A stretch of DNA of 64,000 nucleotides from assembly GCA_905178155.1 (NCBI GenBank), contig CAJINV010000003.1, positions 8,991,292 through 9,055,291 on the forward strand, read 5' to 3'. Positions 47,878-60,644 of the stretch are shown here, one piece after another. This stretch comes from Amoebophrya sp. A120. Lineage: Eukaryota > Protista > Dinoflagellata. The notes under the pieces were generated by a model. That model had not been told where the DNA came from. It was given only the letters and a program-made list of their open reading frames with translations, and did no database searches. A program made the position numbers and the translations under genes. How positions within the stretch are numbered: the stretch's first letter is position 1; every line of letters starts with the position of its first letter.

Positions 47878-49324
47878 TCATAAGACGCGTGTTTTCGTTT
47901 TCCTCAGACGTTGTATAAAGACGCTCGTACTTTTCCGGGCCGCAGTCGTTGGCTGTTCTCCGGCTGCTTTGCCTTTATCCAACTCCGCAGAGCATCCGCT
48001 TCCTGGAGGTCCAACTCCCGGGTCGACCTCTTTACCACCTCCATTGGCATTCCTGTCCCCGCGAAGCGGCTCGACCCTCAAATCGAAATCTTCTTCCCCG
48101 AGATTTGCAGGACCGGGCAGCTCCGTTTGCGATTCCGTTTCCTGTGCCGCCATTTTTCGCGTAGACGACATCAGGGACCGGAGCAAGGCGCCAACGCGCT
48201 CTCTCAAGTACTCGCCCGTATCCTGTCGGCTTTTCGAAGTCGTGGAGGAACCCGCGCCATTTTGTAATTGTATATCAAGAACACCTGCCGAGAGTACTGG
48301 GAGCTCCTGGTCTGCAGGTGGACCACGTGGTCCACTCCAAGACGATGTTAGCAATTGTGAAAACCGCCTCAAGTGCCGTATGTCATCAGATGGGACCGCA
48401 CCTGCAGTCAGTAAAGAGAACAAAGAACGTGTCCTCCACCGTAATGCGTCTTCGTCAAGCTTCTTGCTCCCGCTCGCGGTTTCCTTGAATCCCACTTCGG
48501 CCACCTGGTTTTCGATTCAAATTTATATTTTTTCTATATGCAATTGAAATTACTGGTCCCGCTCACGTCCGTGTTTCTGCACTTCTTTATTAGCTACAAA
48601 CGCGCAAAACGAAAACGGATCAACGTCTAACAACTAGTATGCAAAAGCAAATGCATTGTTTGATTATATAATTTCTTCGTAGTTTGTACATGGGTTACTC
48701 GTCGATACTGTTAGGGAAGCTTCGAGGGCTTACCGCAGATGAAGGGCACTGGTGTTGGCGAGCTTCACGATCACCACAAGATCTAGTTCGCACCATACAG
48801 CTTGTGCGTTCGATCTCAACCTCGGGGCCGCGATTATTTGCATTTCCCGTCGTCCCCGCGGCCGCTGGTAGTGCTGGCCTGAATTTTTCTGCTGAAGAAT
48901 GTTGGATCGCACACTGACCTAGTACACCAAATTGACGATGTTCGCGTTGCTGCGGAAGATCATCACCGGCTGCACTTTGGAGCTCGGGCGCAGATCCTGC
49001 TCCCTTGCTTGTCCGACCTTCACCATCATAATTCTGCCGGGAACAATGTTGTACAGTGTAGGTACTGGTTTTAGCCTGCGGCGCCAGCTGCAGAGAATCC
49101 GTGTCAACATACCCATGGTCGCGAGCCTGGGCCGTCGCAACATCAGGCTTCTCTTGGCCTTGGAGACCGCCCGTCGAGCTCACCTGATGGAGACCGTCCT
49201 CGAAAACGCAAACAGATTTTTCATTTCTTTGTTTTCGCCTGTGTTCCGCCTGCCGCAGGAATGCTTCCAATCTTGCGCCTGGAGGATTTCCTGCCTTCTT
49301 CGGACCCAGCGAGGTTGTCATCAT
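47878..49324 (-). CDS. Two probable exons of unknown function (may be 5' exons of the 43860-47678 gene)
   Basis: 208-aa and 209-aa ORFs on the cluster strand separated by an AT-rich spacer; splice junctions not resolved. Confidence 0.4.
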
Positions 49325-50397
49325 TACCGACCTTAAAAATGTTAGACCTGGCGCTGGCCTTACCGACGTTGCAATTGATATGATTTAGACCAAGATTATG
49401 AACTTGAACCTTCAAAAGCTGCAACCTTGACCATTTATTATCGGAGACCACACACGTAACCTCTACGAAGGACACGGACAGAGACAAACGCGCGAAGGCA
49501 TAGAACAAGCAACGACCTTCTGCTATCAGAATGAGAGCCACATATTCCGACAACGCAAGTCGCTATGATATTTCATTTTGTGCTTCTTGGAGGGTTATTT
49601 CCACTTTTTTGTTTTTATTTCACCACTTCCCGTGGTCGTTCATTGATTATGGTCATGCCTGTGCATCCACCGTCTGACGTGAACCACTCAACTCAGGATC
49701 TCTTTGGATGCCGGAGTTTGAGCTTGTCGCGATTTGTATTTCACTGAAATTTCGAATGTCGTATTTTTAGACCGAGCCCTCATCATCTCGCTCTACTAGT
49801 ACTAAGTCAGACTCAGATACGACCCATTCGTGTGTCGATATATACTTTTGCTTCGCATGCCAGGCGCCACTACCAGTGTTCTCTTCACGCCACAAGAGCG
49901 TCTATCTACGTCTCGAAATAGATAATAATGCAACAAACAGATAAAGTAAGTAAAAACAAGATCAAGAGCGGATCTGGCGGACACTACGTGGACCAAATGT
50001 AATTTAGAAGAGTTCGACGAAGTAGTCAGTAGACAGCTATCTATAGCAAACACAACGAAAATTATGCGGCTTGTAGAGACCTTAATATTTTCGGTGCCAA
50101 AATCTACATGTGCTCAATTTGTGTGCGCCGTCAGACAACCTCCAACGAGCAAAAGAACTGCAGCAATTCTATCGCCAGCCGGCAGCGAAGGCGACGCAAT
50201 CGCCAAATTAAAAAAGTACTACTGATACACAAGACGTAAGAGTCTTCTACACAGGAAGCAGAACTAGGCACGAGAAGTGCACCACTGTCGCAATAATAGA
50301 GATATTTTGTATTGGGAGACGGAGAGCCTAGGTCCCCGCCATGATGACAAAACGCTAGTGATACACTCACAGGAGGGGCCTCCTCGTCGCTTTCACA

Positions 50398-53300
50398 TCA
50401 TGCGGCGACTTGGAGTGTGAGTCGAGGCGCGATGCTCATAGTCATGAGCTCCTGAAAGAGAAGCTTCGCCGCGTACGGGAGTGTAATCTGCGAAACTTTC
50501 CCTTTGGAGCGGCACAGCTTGCACTGGTAGACGTCGTTTTCGATATTTCCGATTGCAAACAAACCGCAATTGTCGCAGCAATGTAAGCGGAATGCGTCGG
50601 AAACATCGAAGAGCCGCTCCTTCAGAAATTTGGCGGCTCCATGCGAGATCATGCAGTCACGTTCCATCTCCCCGAACCGCAACCCACCTTGTTTACCACG
50701 ACCTTCCTGTGGCTGTCGTACCAGTTGCGTCACCGGACCCCGGGCGCGACTGTGGATCTTATCCGCCACCATGTGCTTCAGTCGTTGGTAATAGACAGGC
50801 CCAATGAAGATCTGTTGTTGATTTTAGAAGCAAACGGTCTCGTCTTCGTTGAAATTCAAGTGCTCAAACTTACCAGACCAAAGACGAAACAATTACGACT
50901 CGTGTAAGTAGTTTTCTCTTCTTCAAACATAAAGAAGCAGGAGACCTAGAGCCAACTGTGACTAATATCAGAAACAAAGACAAACATAAACCACGGAGGA
51001 AGAGGATACATCCTACAATCAGATAAAGAAAAAGCAGTACCTTTGCGGGCAGTGGCTTTCCTGTATGGCCTACGTAGAGCTGTTCGTTGCCGTACCTCTG
51101 GAAGCCGAGTTCGTGCAGGCGACTGGCGACATCACGCACTGTCACTTTTGTGAAGGGTGTGGCGTCACCCTCACCTCCGGCTAGGGAGCCCACCTTGGAC
51201 AGAAGCTGTTCAACCAAGTGGCCCACGGTCATGCGCGAAGGAATCGCGTGCGGGTTCATGATAATGTCCGGCACAACTCCATCTCGGGTGAACGGCATGT
51301 CCTCCTGGCGAAACAGAATCCCGCAGGTACCCTTCTGTCCGTGTCGGGACGCGAACTTGTCTCCGACCTCCGGAATCTTGTACGTGCGAACCTTGACCTT
51401 AGTAAAACGAAACCCGTCCTTGTTCGTGGACAGAATAACCTCGTCCACCACTGCCGTCTCAGCTGGTCGCATGCACACACTGCAGTCCTTCTTTTTCGCC
51501 GGCAAGGGTTCATTCGTTTGCCCGTCAAACTCCGGCTCCAGATCCTGCGTCATACCGATAACCACGTCGTCCCCGAACAGCCGGCCGCCTGGTGTTGCAG
51601 GTAGTTATCGCATTTTTACGACTTTGACCTCCTCGCTAATTCTATAAATATCCGTATCATTCATCTTTTTTTCTCTATCTCTTGCTCTCTTCCCAGCAGT
51701 TCCTCTTCGACACCGTACTTACACATTCACATTCATCTGAGAAAAAAACAAACAAATCATGCTTGGCAGGTTGTAGAACTACGGCTGCGACGACGACGAC
51801 GAGGCAGTGTAGAAGTAGAGCTGCCGGGGCGATTTCTTTTTTTTACATCATTCTTTTCTTGTACCTGGCAATGCAAGACCGTCATCGTCCAACTTGGAGT
51901 AATCACCCTGCTTTCGGCCCGTAATGCGCACGGGTTCACCCGCCGCGTCGATGATTTCGCTTGAAGGGTTTTCAAACACCGTGTTCAAATTTCCTTTGCG
52001 CTCCTGTTCGGCAGCGTAACTTCGAAAAAACACCGACCGGAACATGCCTCGGTCGACAGAGCTCTGGTTCAGAATCAGACTATCCTCTTGGTTGTAACCT
52101 GGTTGTTCGTGCCATGTTTTTGTTTGCAACTTCAATAATCATAGAAACTTTTTGTTTCAACTATACCATAGAAGAGAAGAAAATGTTGCCTGCAATTGTC
52201 TTCAACTTCTTGTGTAGTTTGTAGGAACCTAGTTTCATAATTCATTGCTTCAGTCTACTTCAGTTTATTTTTCTCGTCTCTTAGAGGAATTCCGAAAGGG
52301 CAAAATTAGGTTTTGTTTCGATATGTGCATTCGGGTACCTGAGTAGCACATGATCGCGACGGTGACATTGTTTCCTGCGGGAAGCTGCCGAAACCTGAGG
52401 TAGTTCATGGCTCGCGTCCCCACAAGCGGCTTTTGGGGGTAACAGAGCACGTTCGCGAGCGTGTCGACGCGCTGGTTGAAGTTGGTGGCAAACACACCGA
52501 GGGCCTGCTTGCCCATGGCACTCTGGTAGCAGTTTCGGGGCGACTGGTTGTGGTCTGGAAAAGGGATGATACTTGCGCAGATAGAGAAAATCATCGAGGG
52601 ATGGATCTCGCAGTGCGTAAACGTGCGGCAGTATGCGCGGTCATCGTTCACATTGTGGACAAACATCGCAATCATTGCGTTCTCCGTTTCCTCACAATCG
52701 ATGTACTCCACCAGACCCTTTTCAATCAAGTTCCCCCATCGGAGCCTGCCGTTCTTTAATTCCTGGATGTGGTGCCTCCGGATGGCGAGGCTCTGTAATT
52801 ATGGTTAGATAGATGATATATAATTTAGGTATTAATTTTGTATTCATTTCATTTGTTCTCGAAGAAATTCAAGCAAATGCAAACAGCAAATGAGAGGTGC
52901 AGCTTACTATTGATGTATAAACGAAAACAGAAACTGTACCTGTGCTTTTTCGTTTACAACGTAAAGCGGACGCATGGCGCGCCCTGCGTCCGTGAATATT
53001 TTGATTTCGCGGTTTGCCATATCTGTGACGATGGACACCTCGGACTCAAAGTCCAGTCGCCGCTTACTCGTCAGCAGGCGGCGAAAGAGGTCGGCCTGTC
53101 GAGAGTGTACCCCGGCCCACTGTCCGTTCAGGAAAACCTTGCAGTAAGTCTTGATCTCCGTTGGGAGAACGTCTTCCAATTCTTCCACGCCCCACTCCTT
53201 CAGGAAATCCAGAATCACGGACTGTGGCGAACCAATAGTGATGTTGCACATCAGCGAGATGTTTTTCACTAACCCGACGGCCTGGCCCTCGGGCGTCTCG

Positions 53301-56186
53301 GCTGGGCACACCATACCCCAATGCGTATTGTGCAGCTGCCGGGGTTTTGCGATCTTTCCTGTCCGGTCTAGTGGTGTGTTCATGCGCCGCAGCTGAGACA
53401 CCGTCGCCATGAAGGTCAATCGGTTCAACACCTGGATAATGTTCAAAGAAGGCGTTTTTTTCTGAAATTCTCGCTCTCGTTCATTCGTAAGAATTGAAAA
53501 AAAGACACTCATGCGCGATCTTGAGCTTGTTATTGATTGAGAATAAGCGCGTATACCATTTTAGTCTAGTTTTCAAATGAGGAATGAGAGAGAAACATAC
53601 GGGTAAAGGTAAAACATCTGAACTTCCAGGCACCCCGAGGAAAACGGCAACGAAGAGCTGCGGACGCAATGATGAAAGAGAAAAACCAGGGCACCTGCGC
53701 AATAAATTGGAACGTATCACTGTACTGCAACTGCTACTGAGAACTCTATTTTAAGTACCTGAGACACTCCTTGTCGCACCGGTTTGCCTTGCTTGTCCTG
53801 GCCCCAGTTTCCGGTTGCAAGCTGGTAGCGCATTCCGTCTGTGATCACGTTGGCTTCTTCCAAGACGGGGGCTACATCGAAGTCTTTGTTCATGTCTACC
53901 CTGCGCTGCACGATGCGTCGGAATGACTTAAAAGCTATCCCGCAGAAAAAACCAAAAGCTAGCGTAGGATGCAACTATGAATACATGAAGATGGAGAGGG
54001 TCCATAGGAATAGCATGCTGCTTGGGCTCTGCAAGAGGACAGATTTCTCTGGGTAAGGAGCGGAGAAGCAGGCATATCCACAACATTCATTTTTGCATGA
54101 TAGATTATGCCAGTTTACTTTTTTCTGTGTCATAAATGTGTTCCGAAACAAAGTGCCGAAACTGGAGCTCAAAAGCGGACCCGCTAGGTCCATGCGCTTC
54201 TTTCCAAAGTGATCCCGGTCATCCTCTTGAATACGACCCAGAGCACCCAGCATCAGGCGATGCGTCATGTATCCGATGAAATACGCCTTCTTCTTTTCGC
54301 AGAACGCTTCGACCCCGACGTGGGGGAGCAGCTCCTTTTGCAAAACTTCTCGGGCGTACTGGGTTCTCTTGTCGCGCGTTGCGCCCAGCGTGGGGCCGCG
54401 TTTTGCGATGTAGTCCAGCGCCATCTCCTGCGTTGTGATCGGTGCAGCGTCGTCCAAACTCGTCTTCATCAAATTCATCATGGCCTGGTCGCTTAGCTCG
54501 TAGCAACAGATTTCCAGGATGTCTTTATCAGCGACAATACCTAGCGCGCGCATCACAATCACGACCGGAATCTCCACTCGAATGTACGGAATTGTGCACA
54601 CAATCTGCCCGCGGCAGTAGCTTTTTCCCCCAAAGTTGTTCAACATCTTCACCGCAAATCCACTATTGGCAGCACTTCCCTCGTGGAGGGCGGACCTGAA
54701 TTTTCAGTATTCAAAGTCAAATCGAGGTCTGAGCGTTTTCACTTGCTTTGTGAACCGTGGAGTGAGTCTATAAACGCACTACGTACTTCTGCGCTCACGT
54801 ACACGCTTCGATATCCGTAAATAAGAATTAATAAGGCGAGGAAAAACGAAAAGCATCTTGTTCCTCAATATACAGTCAAGCTAGAGCGCATTCATCTGCA
54901 AAAACAGGCATGCATTTTATGCTGATGCTGCATTTTCTTTGCAATCGAAACGGATACCACGTGCTCTTAGTACCTGACTTCGCAGACCCAGGTGTATTTT
55001 GAGGGCTGCTTTTTCTGGAACGCGTACACAAAGTTATTGGCCATTCGTTCCATGGCAATGAGCACTTTCTCGGAACCGTTCACAATGAAATAACCGCCAT
55101 TGTCGTAGGAACATTCCCCGTACTTGCACAGCTCCTCTTCGGTACAGTTGTTGAGCCAGCAATAGTCGCTCTTCAACATCACCGGCATCTGGCAAAGGTG
55201 CATACCTGTTTTTTCTTCATTTTTGGATGCCTAATGCTTCCGCAATCTCATCTCCGATTCGTCACTTTCAATATGAAAACTGAAAGAATCCTGAGAGTGA
55301 CGAAGCAAAATCAAAAAGCAGTTCCGGCAGAGACGGACGAGGACAACTTCAACTAACTGTCACTCCAGGCCCCGCAGAGAAGCAGTCACTATGTATACCT
55401 TTGTAGTGGGTCTTTTTTATCAACTGCTCTTTGTCGTCTTCCACCACATCATAGACGCTGTGCTCAATGTCTATGAAAACGTTGGCGGCGTAGGTCATGT
55501 TTCTGAGTCGGCACATATTTGGTGTCATAGTCGTGCCCTCAGCATCGTTCGCGTCCTCCGTCTGCGGCTTGTGCACACTGAGATCTCTTAGTGTGAACCG
55601 ATGAATCGTGGGCTTGATCTGAAGATGTTTATGATGTTTTTCTATTTCCGTGCCCTTGTTGATGCTCTTGGCACTTCAACAAATCTGAATTTCCATAGTT
55701 GCGCTGAAGTGCCCTATGCTTTTTATCGATGCAATGTACTTACTTTGCGCTGCAATGTCGATGTGCAAGTAGATTGGAAACAAAAAAAGGGCTCAGCTGC
55801 GACAATTATTGCACGGTACTGGTACACAATCAACAAAAGGAGCAGGAGAATTTGAATTATAAATGTACCAACTCTGCGCTATCAAATGTTGGCTGTGGTA
55901 TGATTTCAATCACTGGGTGATTGTCGGCGGCCTTCTGCATCTGCACGCTCATGAAGTCGTTAAAACTCCCCAGCTGCTGGTGTGCAAGACCCTTCTCGTC
56001 GAAAAATGCATCTATGACGGCCCAGCCATCCTCCTGCAGAATACCCTGCTGCAGGTCGTCGTCATCGCGAGACCCCATCTCTACGTCCCCGAAGCCGTCG
56101 GGCGACCCCCCTGGGGCACCACGTGCCGACGAAAGCGCCGGCACATTCTGCAGGTTCGTGAACATGACTCCGCCAACCTGCGCCAT
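50398..56186 (-). CDS. RPB2: DNA-directed RNA polymerase II second-largest subunit, 11 exons
   Basis: Motifs [54 protein letters not shown] and [11 protein letters not shown]. Exons 56186-55869, 55713-55675, 55584-55399, 55205-54974, 54695-54135, 53930-53759, 53431-52940, 52792-52339, 52098-51865, 51588-51041 and 50811-50398. Nine GT-AG introns and one TIR intron. Confidence 0.97.
53936..54134. mobile_element. TAT...ATA TIR introner in RPB2 (intron 5), 199 bp, degenerate duplication
   Basis: TIR tatcccgcagaaaaaa / tatgacacagaaaaaa, similar to the 6222-6398 termini. Flanks AAAGC and AATGT. Removing 204 nt gives [17 protein letters not shown], matching the spacing of RPB2 homologues as recalled. 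Confidence 0.7.
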
Positions 56187-58029
56187 TTTCTACGAGTTGG
56201 GGGCAGGTAGTGGAGGTGCAAAGAAAGTAACGCTCAGCCTAGGTCTGCGGCGCGGATGTTGCTTGTCCCTTCTTCCTGGAGCAGATTAATATGGATTTTC
56301 TGTTGTTGCTACTTGTTGTACTTCTTCACCTGGCTCCTTCCAAAGACGTAGCTCCTTCATCGACAACCTCGATTTCGACGTCTTCTTCGCTTTTTTTAAC
56401 AAGTGGTCGCTGCGAACTTCATTTTACAGTCGCCGGTCGCTTCGTACTTTATGACAGTACAAGTCATTCGTCACTCAGTTCGGGGCGCGCTTGTTGTGCC
56501 TAAGCAAATTTAGGTATGCGGACCGATTTAGTTCGCTACCGCTGGCGTTGCCGTTGGGGGGTGCCCCCGCCGCCGTAAAATTGCCATCGTCCTGTAAAAA
56601 ATTACTACTTTTCGCTTTTACCCTTACGTCTACGTCTTACGCTATTCATGTTGTATTTATCTAGTCACTTTCAGCATCGACATATAATAGACTTTGACTT
56701 ATGCTTTTGCAACACAACTAGTACGACACAACACTGGGACCGGCTACACTTCACGAGAATATTATGTTCCACCTTGTTTTGTATCGATGGTCTGCCTGTC
56801 TTCAGATTTAAAGACGTTCAAGATCAAAATCAATCTCCGGAGCGCTCGCTTTTCTAGGCAAGCGAATTAAATGGCTGCGTGTTGGCGCGCCTTTGCCTCA
56901 ACAGTTGCTGAGTGTAAGTCGCTGGCGATTAGATAGTGTAGCAACAGATCGCCGCCACAGAATGACGAAACACCGCCCGAGTTAGTGGTGAACGGCCAGT
57001 CGCAGGGAGTCATTCAGCGGGGCGTGATGTAGTTTCGCGATCAAATACTCTAGCTGGTGTCTGTACGACCTGTAACAGTTCAACATAGACGTTCCTTGTA
57101 CATGGTATCCCGTTCAGGTCGCCCTCCTCTCTTCTACTCTAGCTACATACATGAACAAAATCCACTTCCACTAGGCGGTCGGGAAAACATGAAAATGACT
57201 ACTCAGGATGAAGATACCATTGATCAATTTGCTCGTGGACATACTGTGGCAGGCTCTTTATGTAAATTTTCAGATTTGAAGATTTAGATCTAATCTCTTC
57301 TTCTTTATCAAGTAATCCACGAAGATCATTCCATCATCTTCGGGCCACTGGCTTCTTGGCGGATCCGAACTTTGTCGATTCGCTTCCAGAGACAAAACGA
57401 ACCGTCACAAGTAGGGACAAGCTGGATTCTTGGTCGTCCGACACGATCTGTTTCAGACGCTTTATTTATTATGCTCCTCCTTGATCTATGCAACAAACTA
57501 ATTTTTTTTTTGATCGCAGCGCTAACGCTAGGCATTGCAGCATGCTTTTTACATCATCGAACTCGTTTCGTAATTGAAAATGATATACTTTACTACTTGA
57601 TGTATGATACAGTGAAAACACGCATTGCCCTCAGATCCGTAGCAACTGGTACAGAGGCGGAGGAACTGAAAATTTTCATCGAAAAGGGTATGACGAGCAG
57701 TGAAATTACCCGGAGAACGATCCTCATCCACTTCGCAAGCCCCAGCCTGATATTGATGATGCTGCGCCGCAATTTATTCAAGAACATCAGCAACACGCTG
57801 CAAAATCAAAATCAACAATGCAATACCAATATGTTTATATGCGAGTTTTTCTAACATTGTCTTCGAGTTGGATGGAGAGATCAATCTTTCTTCATGTTGC
57901 GCCAGTATATACTAGACGCCTCGAGCAGCAGGTGTTTGATGAGCGCATTGCGATTCCGATAGAGCGAGAGAAGGAAAATCACCTGCTTAAAATTGGAGTG
58001 ATAGTTAGACAGGCACGTGAACCTCAACC

Positions 58030-59242
58030 TCATCTCTTCAGTGCATTGAGTCTCGCTTCTAGATCGTCATCCTCTTGCTGCGCGACAATCGCTGGTTGAT
58101 GAGGTGGTCTTTGTACGGCTCCTGGGGCCACTTGAGAAGCCTGCGACGGGATGCCGATTCTCTCTGATCCTACTTTACCGAGATCAGTCGATATCTCAAT
58201 TCCTATCTCCTCGAGAACTTGATTGACGACGGTCTCCTCCTCCCCCTCGTCATCGCCCATGGCATCATCTATTGCGTCAGTTAAGACCTCCTCCGTCATT
58301 TGTTGCTGTTGAGTTTTTGCTTTCACATTTTCGTTTTAACTTGATCCAATGCAGCACACCCAAGTACAATCACGATGCGCCTGTGCCCCCGCAATCATAA
58401 CAATACACAGGAACCAGCAAAGGCTGGCGAAATAAGCCTAGCAAGCGTTATTAGTCATCAGAGTCGATATGTATGAAAGCAACAACGAGCATTTTGAGCA
58501 AGTTCAGGAACCCAGAAATTGAACTTGTCCTGGGCATCCTCTTCGGGGTCTGGGTTGCAAAGACGAATGAAAGTACAGGTCAAAAATGTATAGGGTTAGA
58601 GCCTTAAACTCAAAGAAATTAACAAGCGATTTATAAATGAAAAGTCAAAAGATACTCGCTCGTTTTCGGACATAAACTCCTGCATGATTTTCGTAACGGC
58701 AGAAGCATCCATGCTGGAGTTCATCTGAAGCATCACCCTAGTTACTCCCTGCATGGCATTTGTCATCGATGCCGTCGATTTCATGGTTTGCAGTTGGAGG
58801 CTTACGCCCTGCAGTTGTGCTTTCATGGTCAGAAATTTGCTCTGGTACTTGCGGCACCTCACCAGGTCCTTTGCCATTATCTTAACCGTGCCCGTCTGTC
58901 CCTGCTTCGCGAGCTGAAATTAAATTGAGACGCAAAATAAGAAACTACATGGCAAGTGGCGCAGTCTTTTTTTTTTGAGGCCCCCAGTCGGTTATCAGTA
59001 GGTCACTGAGGATCGCTATCTATTCCGCCCTGGGATATTATCATTAACCGCGCGCTGTCAAGGACTGAAGATCATGAAGCAACAGAAAGTACGTCTACCT
59101 TTTTCATTTCATTGATAGTTTTTTTCTCCTGCGTGGCGAGCTGGTTTTTCTCGCGCTCGAGTTCCCTGATGGCCTTTGAGATCTGTCGTTTGTGCAACTT
59201 CATTTGCTCGTCTAGACTCAGCTTTGGCGGCGAATTTCCCAT
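58030..59242 (-). CDS. VPS2: ESCRT-III subunit Vps2/CHMP2A (Snf7 family), 3 exons
   Basis: IRELERE..EMKK|LAKQGQ..VKIMAKDLVR..MKAQLQGVSLQLQT..ENER|QQMTEEVLTDAIDD..QVLEEIG..DDLEARLNALKR. Exons 59242-59099, 58913-58656 and 58305-58030, all GT-AG. Confidence 0.93.
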
Positions 59243-60644
59243 CTTCCATTCGTGGTGCTTCCGTTCGTGGTGGTCAACCGGGAAGTTCGTCCTAAAGTGT
59301 GCTCAAGCAAGGAAGTGCGAAGCCGCAATAATCGCAGTACATAAAAGGATGTAGAGAGCGGGCAGGAGGCAACGCGGCACAGTAGGTGATGCGCTTCGAG
59401 GTGTCGTAAAGGTGACGCGCACAACTGAAGATATGTCGCGAGAGCAGCGTGATTGAATCTGTCGCGGAGGTGCTGCCTGCTTCGACAAATTGAAATTGTA
59501 TTTATTTCTTGGATAGTACTGCTCGTACTAATTGCAGTCAGCCTGCTCTTTCTCCTCGTGCAAGAAGACAAGAAGGAAGGCAGCCCCAGCCACGGCGGGT
59601 TTGCATCTCATGAACATGGGTCGTGAAATATTGAAAGATAATGCGGAAGCGAGGTCGAAACAAACAAAAAATATCGTTGCCGATCTCGACGTGTATGACC
59701 GTTCCGCTCGTATGCAGATGCGGAATCAAACATAGTACCTCGCCAGAAATTGAGAATTCGCTAGCAAAAATGATATGAAGAATGTTCTTGGAGTAGCAAA
59801 AGAGCAGCCAAAACCAATTATCTCCGGCCTAAACTAAATCACATTTATCTATTAAGCAGCAAGCATTAACAAGGCAGCTACGCCACGATAGCATTTGCAT
59901 TTGGATTGAGGTTTTATATTTATTCGTAATGACATCGGGTTTGCCTTTCCCGACAGACTGAATTTTGAATGAATTTTCCTTGACGTGATTGTGTTCAACA
60001 GCGATTCCTTCAAACCCTTCTATGACCAACATGAGGACTACATGTAGGAAAGTAAGTACGAAAATATCTTCGCCAAGAAGATCTCAGAGCGAACATTTGT
60101 ACTCCTACATACTGTTGCTCCTGTGTGGAACTTGCAACGAGAAGAAGAAAGCTTTCTCAGGTCAGTCATCCTGTGAGAGGTTTAACTTTAATTTGACCGA
60201 CCTCGATAAATTATGCTTCCAAGAAACCTATATTTTCGAGCTTTCTACCATGGTATGCGCTTTTGAATTTTAGCTGGTACGCCACGTCTTTCCTTGTAGT
60301 TTGCACGATCGAAGTCGCACACGCGCCGGTTCGGAAGCAGGCCAGGAACTTCATCGGAAGTTTGAACAAGTAGTAGAAGTAGAACAGGAACACGACACCA
60401 GCGCAACATTATCCTCTGCATCGGAAACTTTTTTCAAACGTTACCATATCTTCGCGCGCTAGGCGGGGTCATTTGATTCTTGATCCAACGATACTAGTAA
60501 ACGAATTCGAGTACCGTCCTTGTGCAACAGAAAAAAATGCAAGCAATAGTGGATCATGTCGAGCCGTCTGTATAAATATCATTAAACACAAATCGGTACT
60601 ATGGGAAGAGACCGATGTGGCCGCCACGCAGCCTTTTACTCATG

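Noticed and set aside
55731-55760. 6-10 nt micro-exon in RPB2 intron 1 (CAG|CGCAAA|GTAAGT)
   Set aside because: A single GT-AG intron at 55868-55714 already gives the correct frame.
57326-57796. Possible small Cys-rich two-exon gene between VPS2 and RPB2
   Set aside because: Frames are short with no recognisable motif or clear start; cannot be supported without transcripts.
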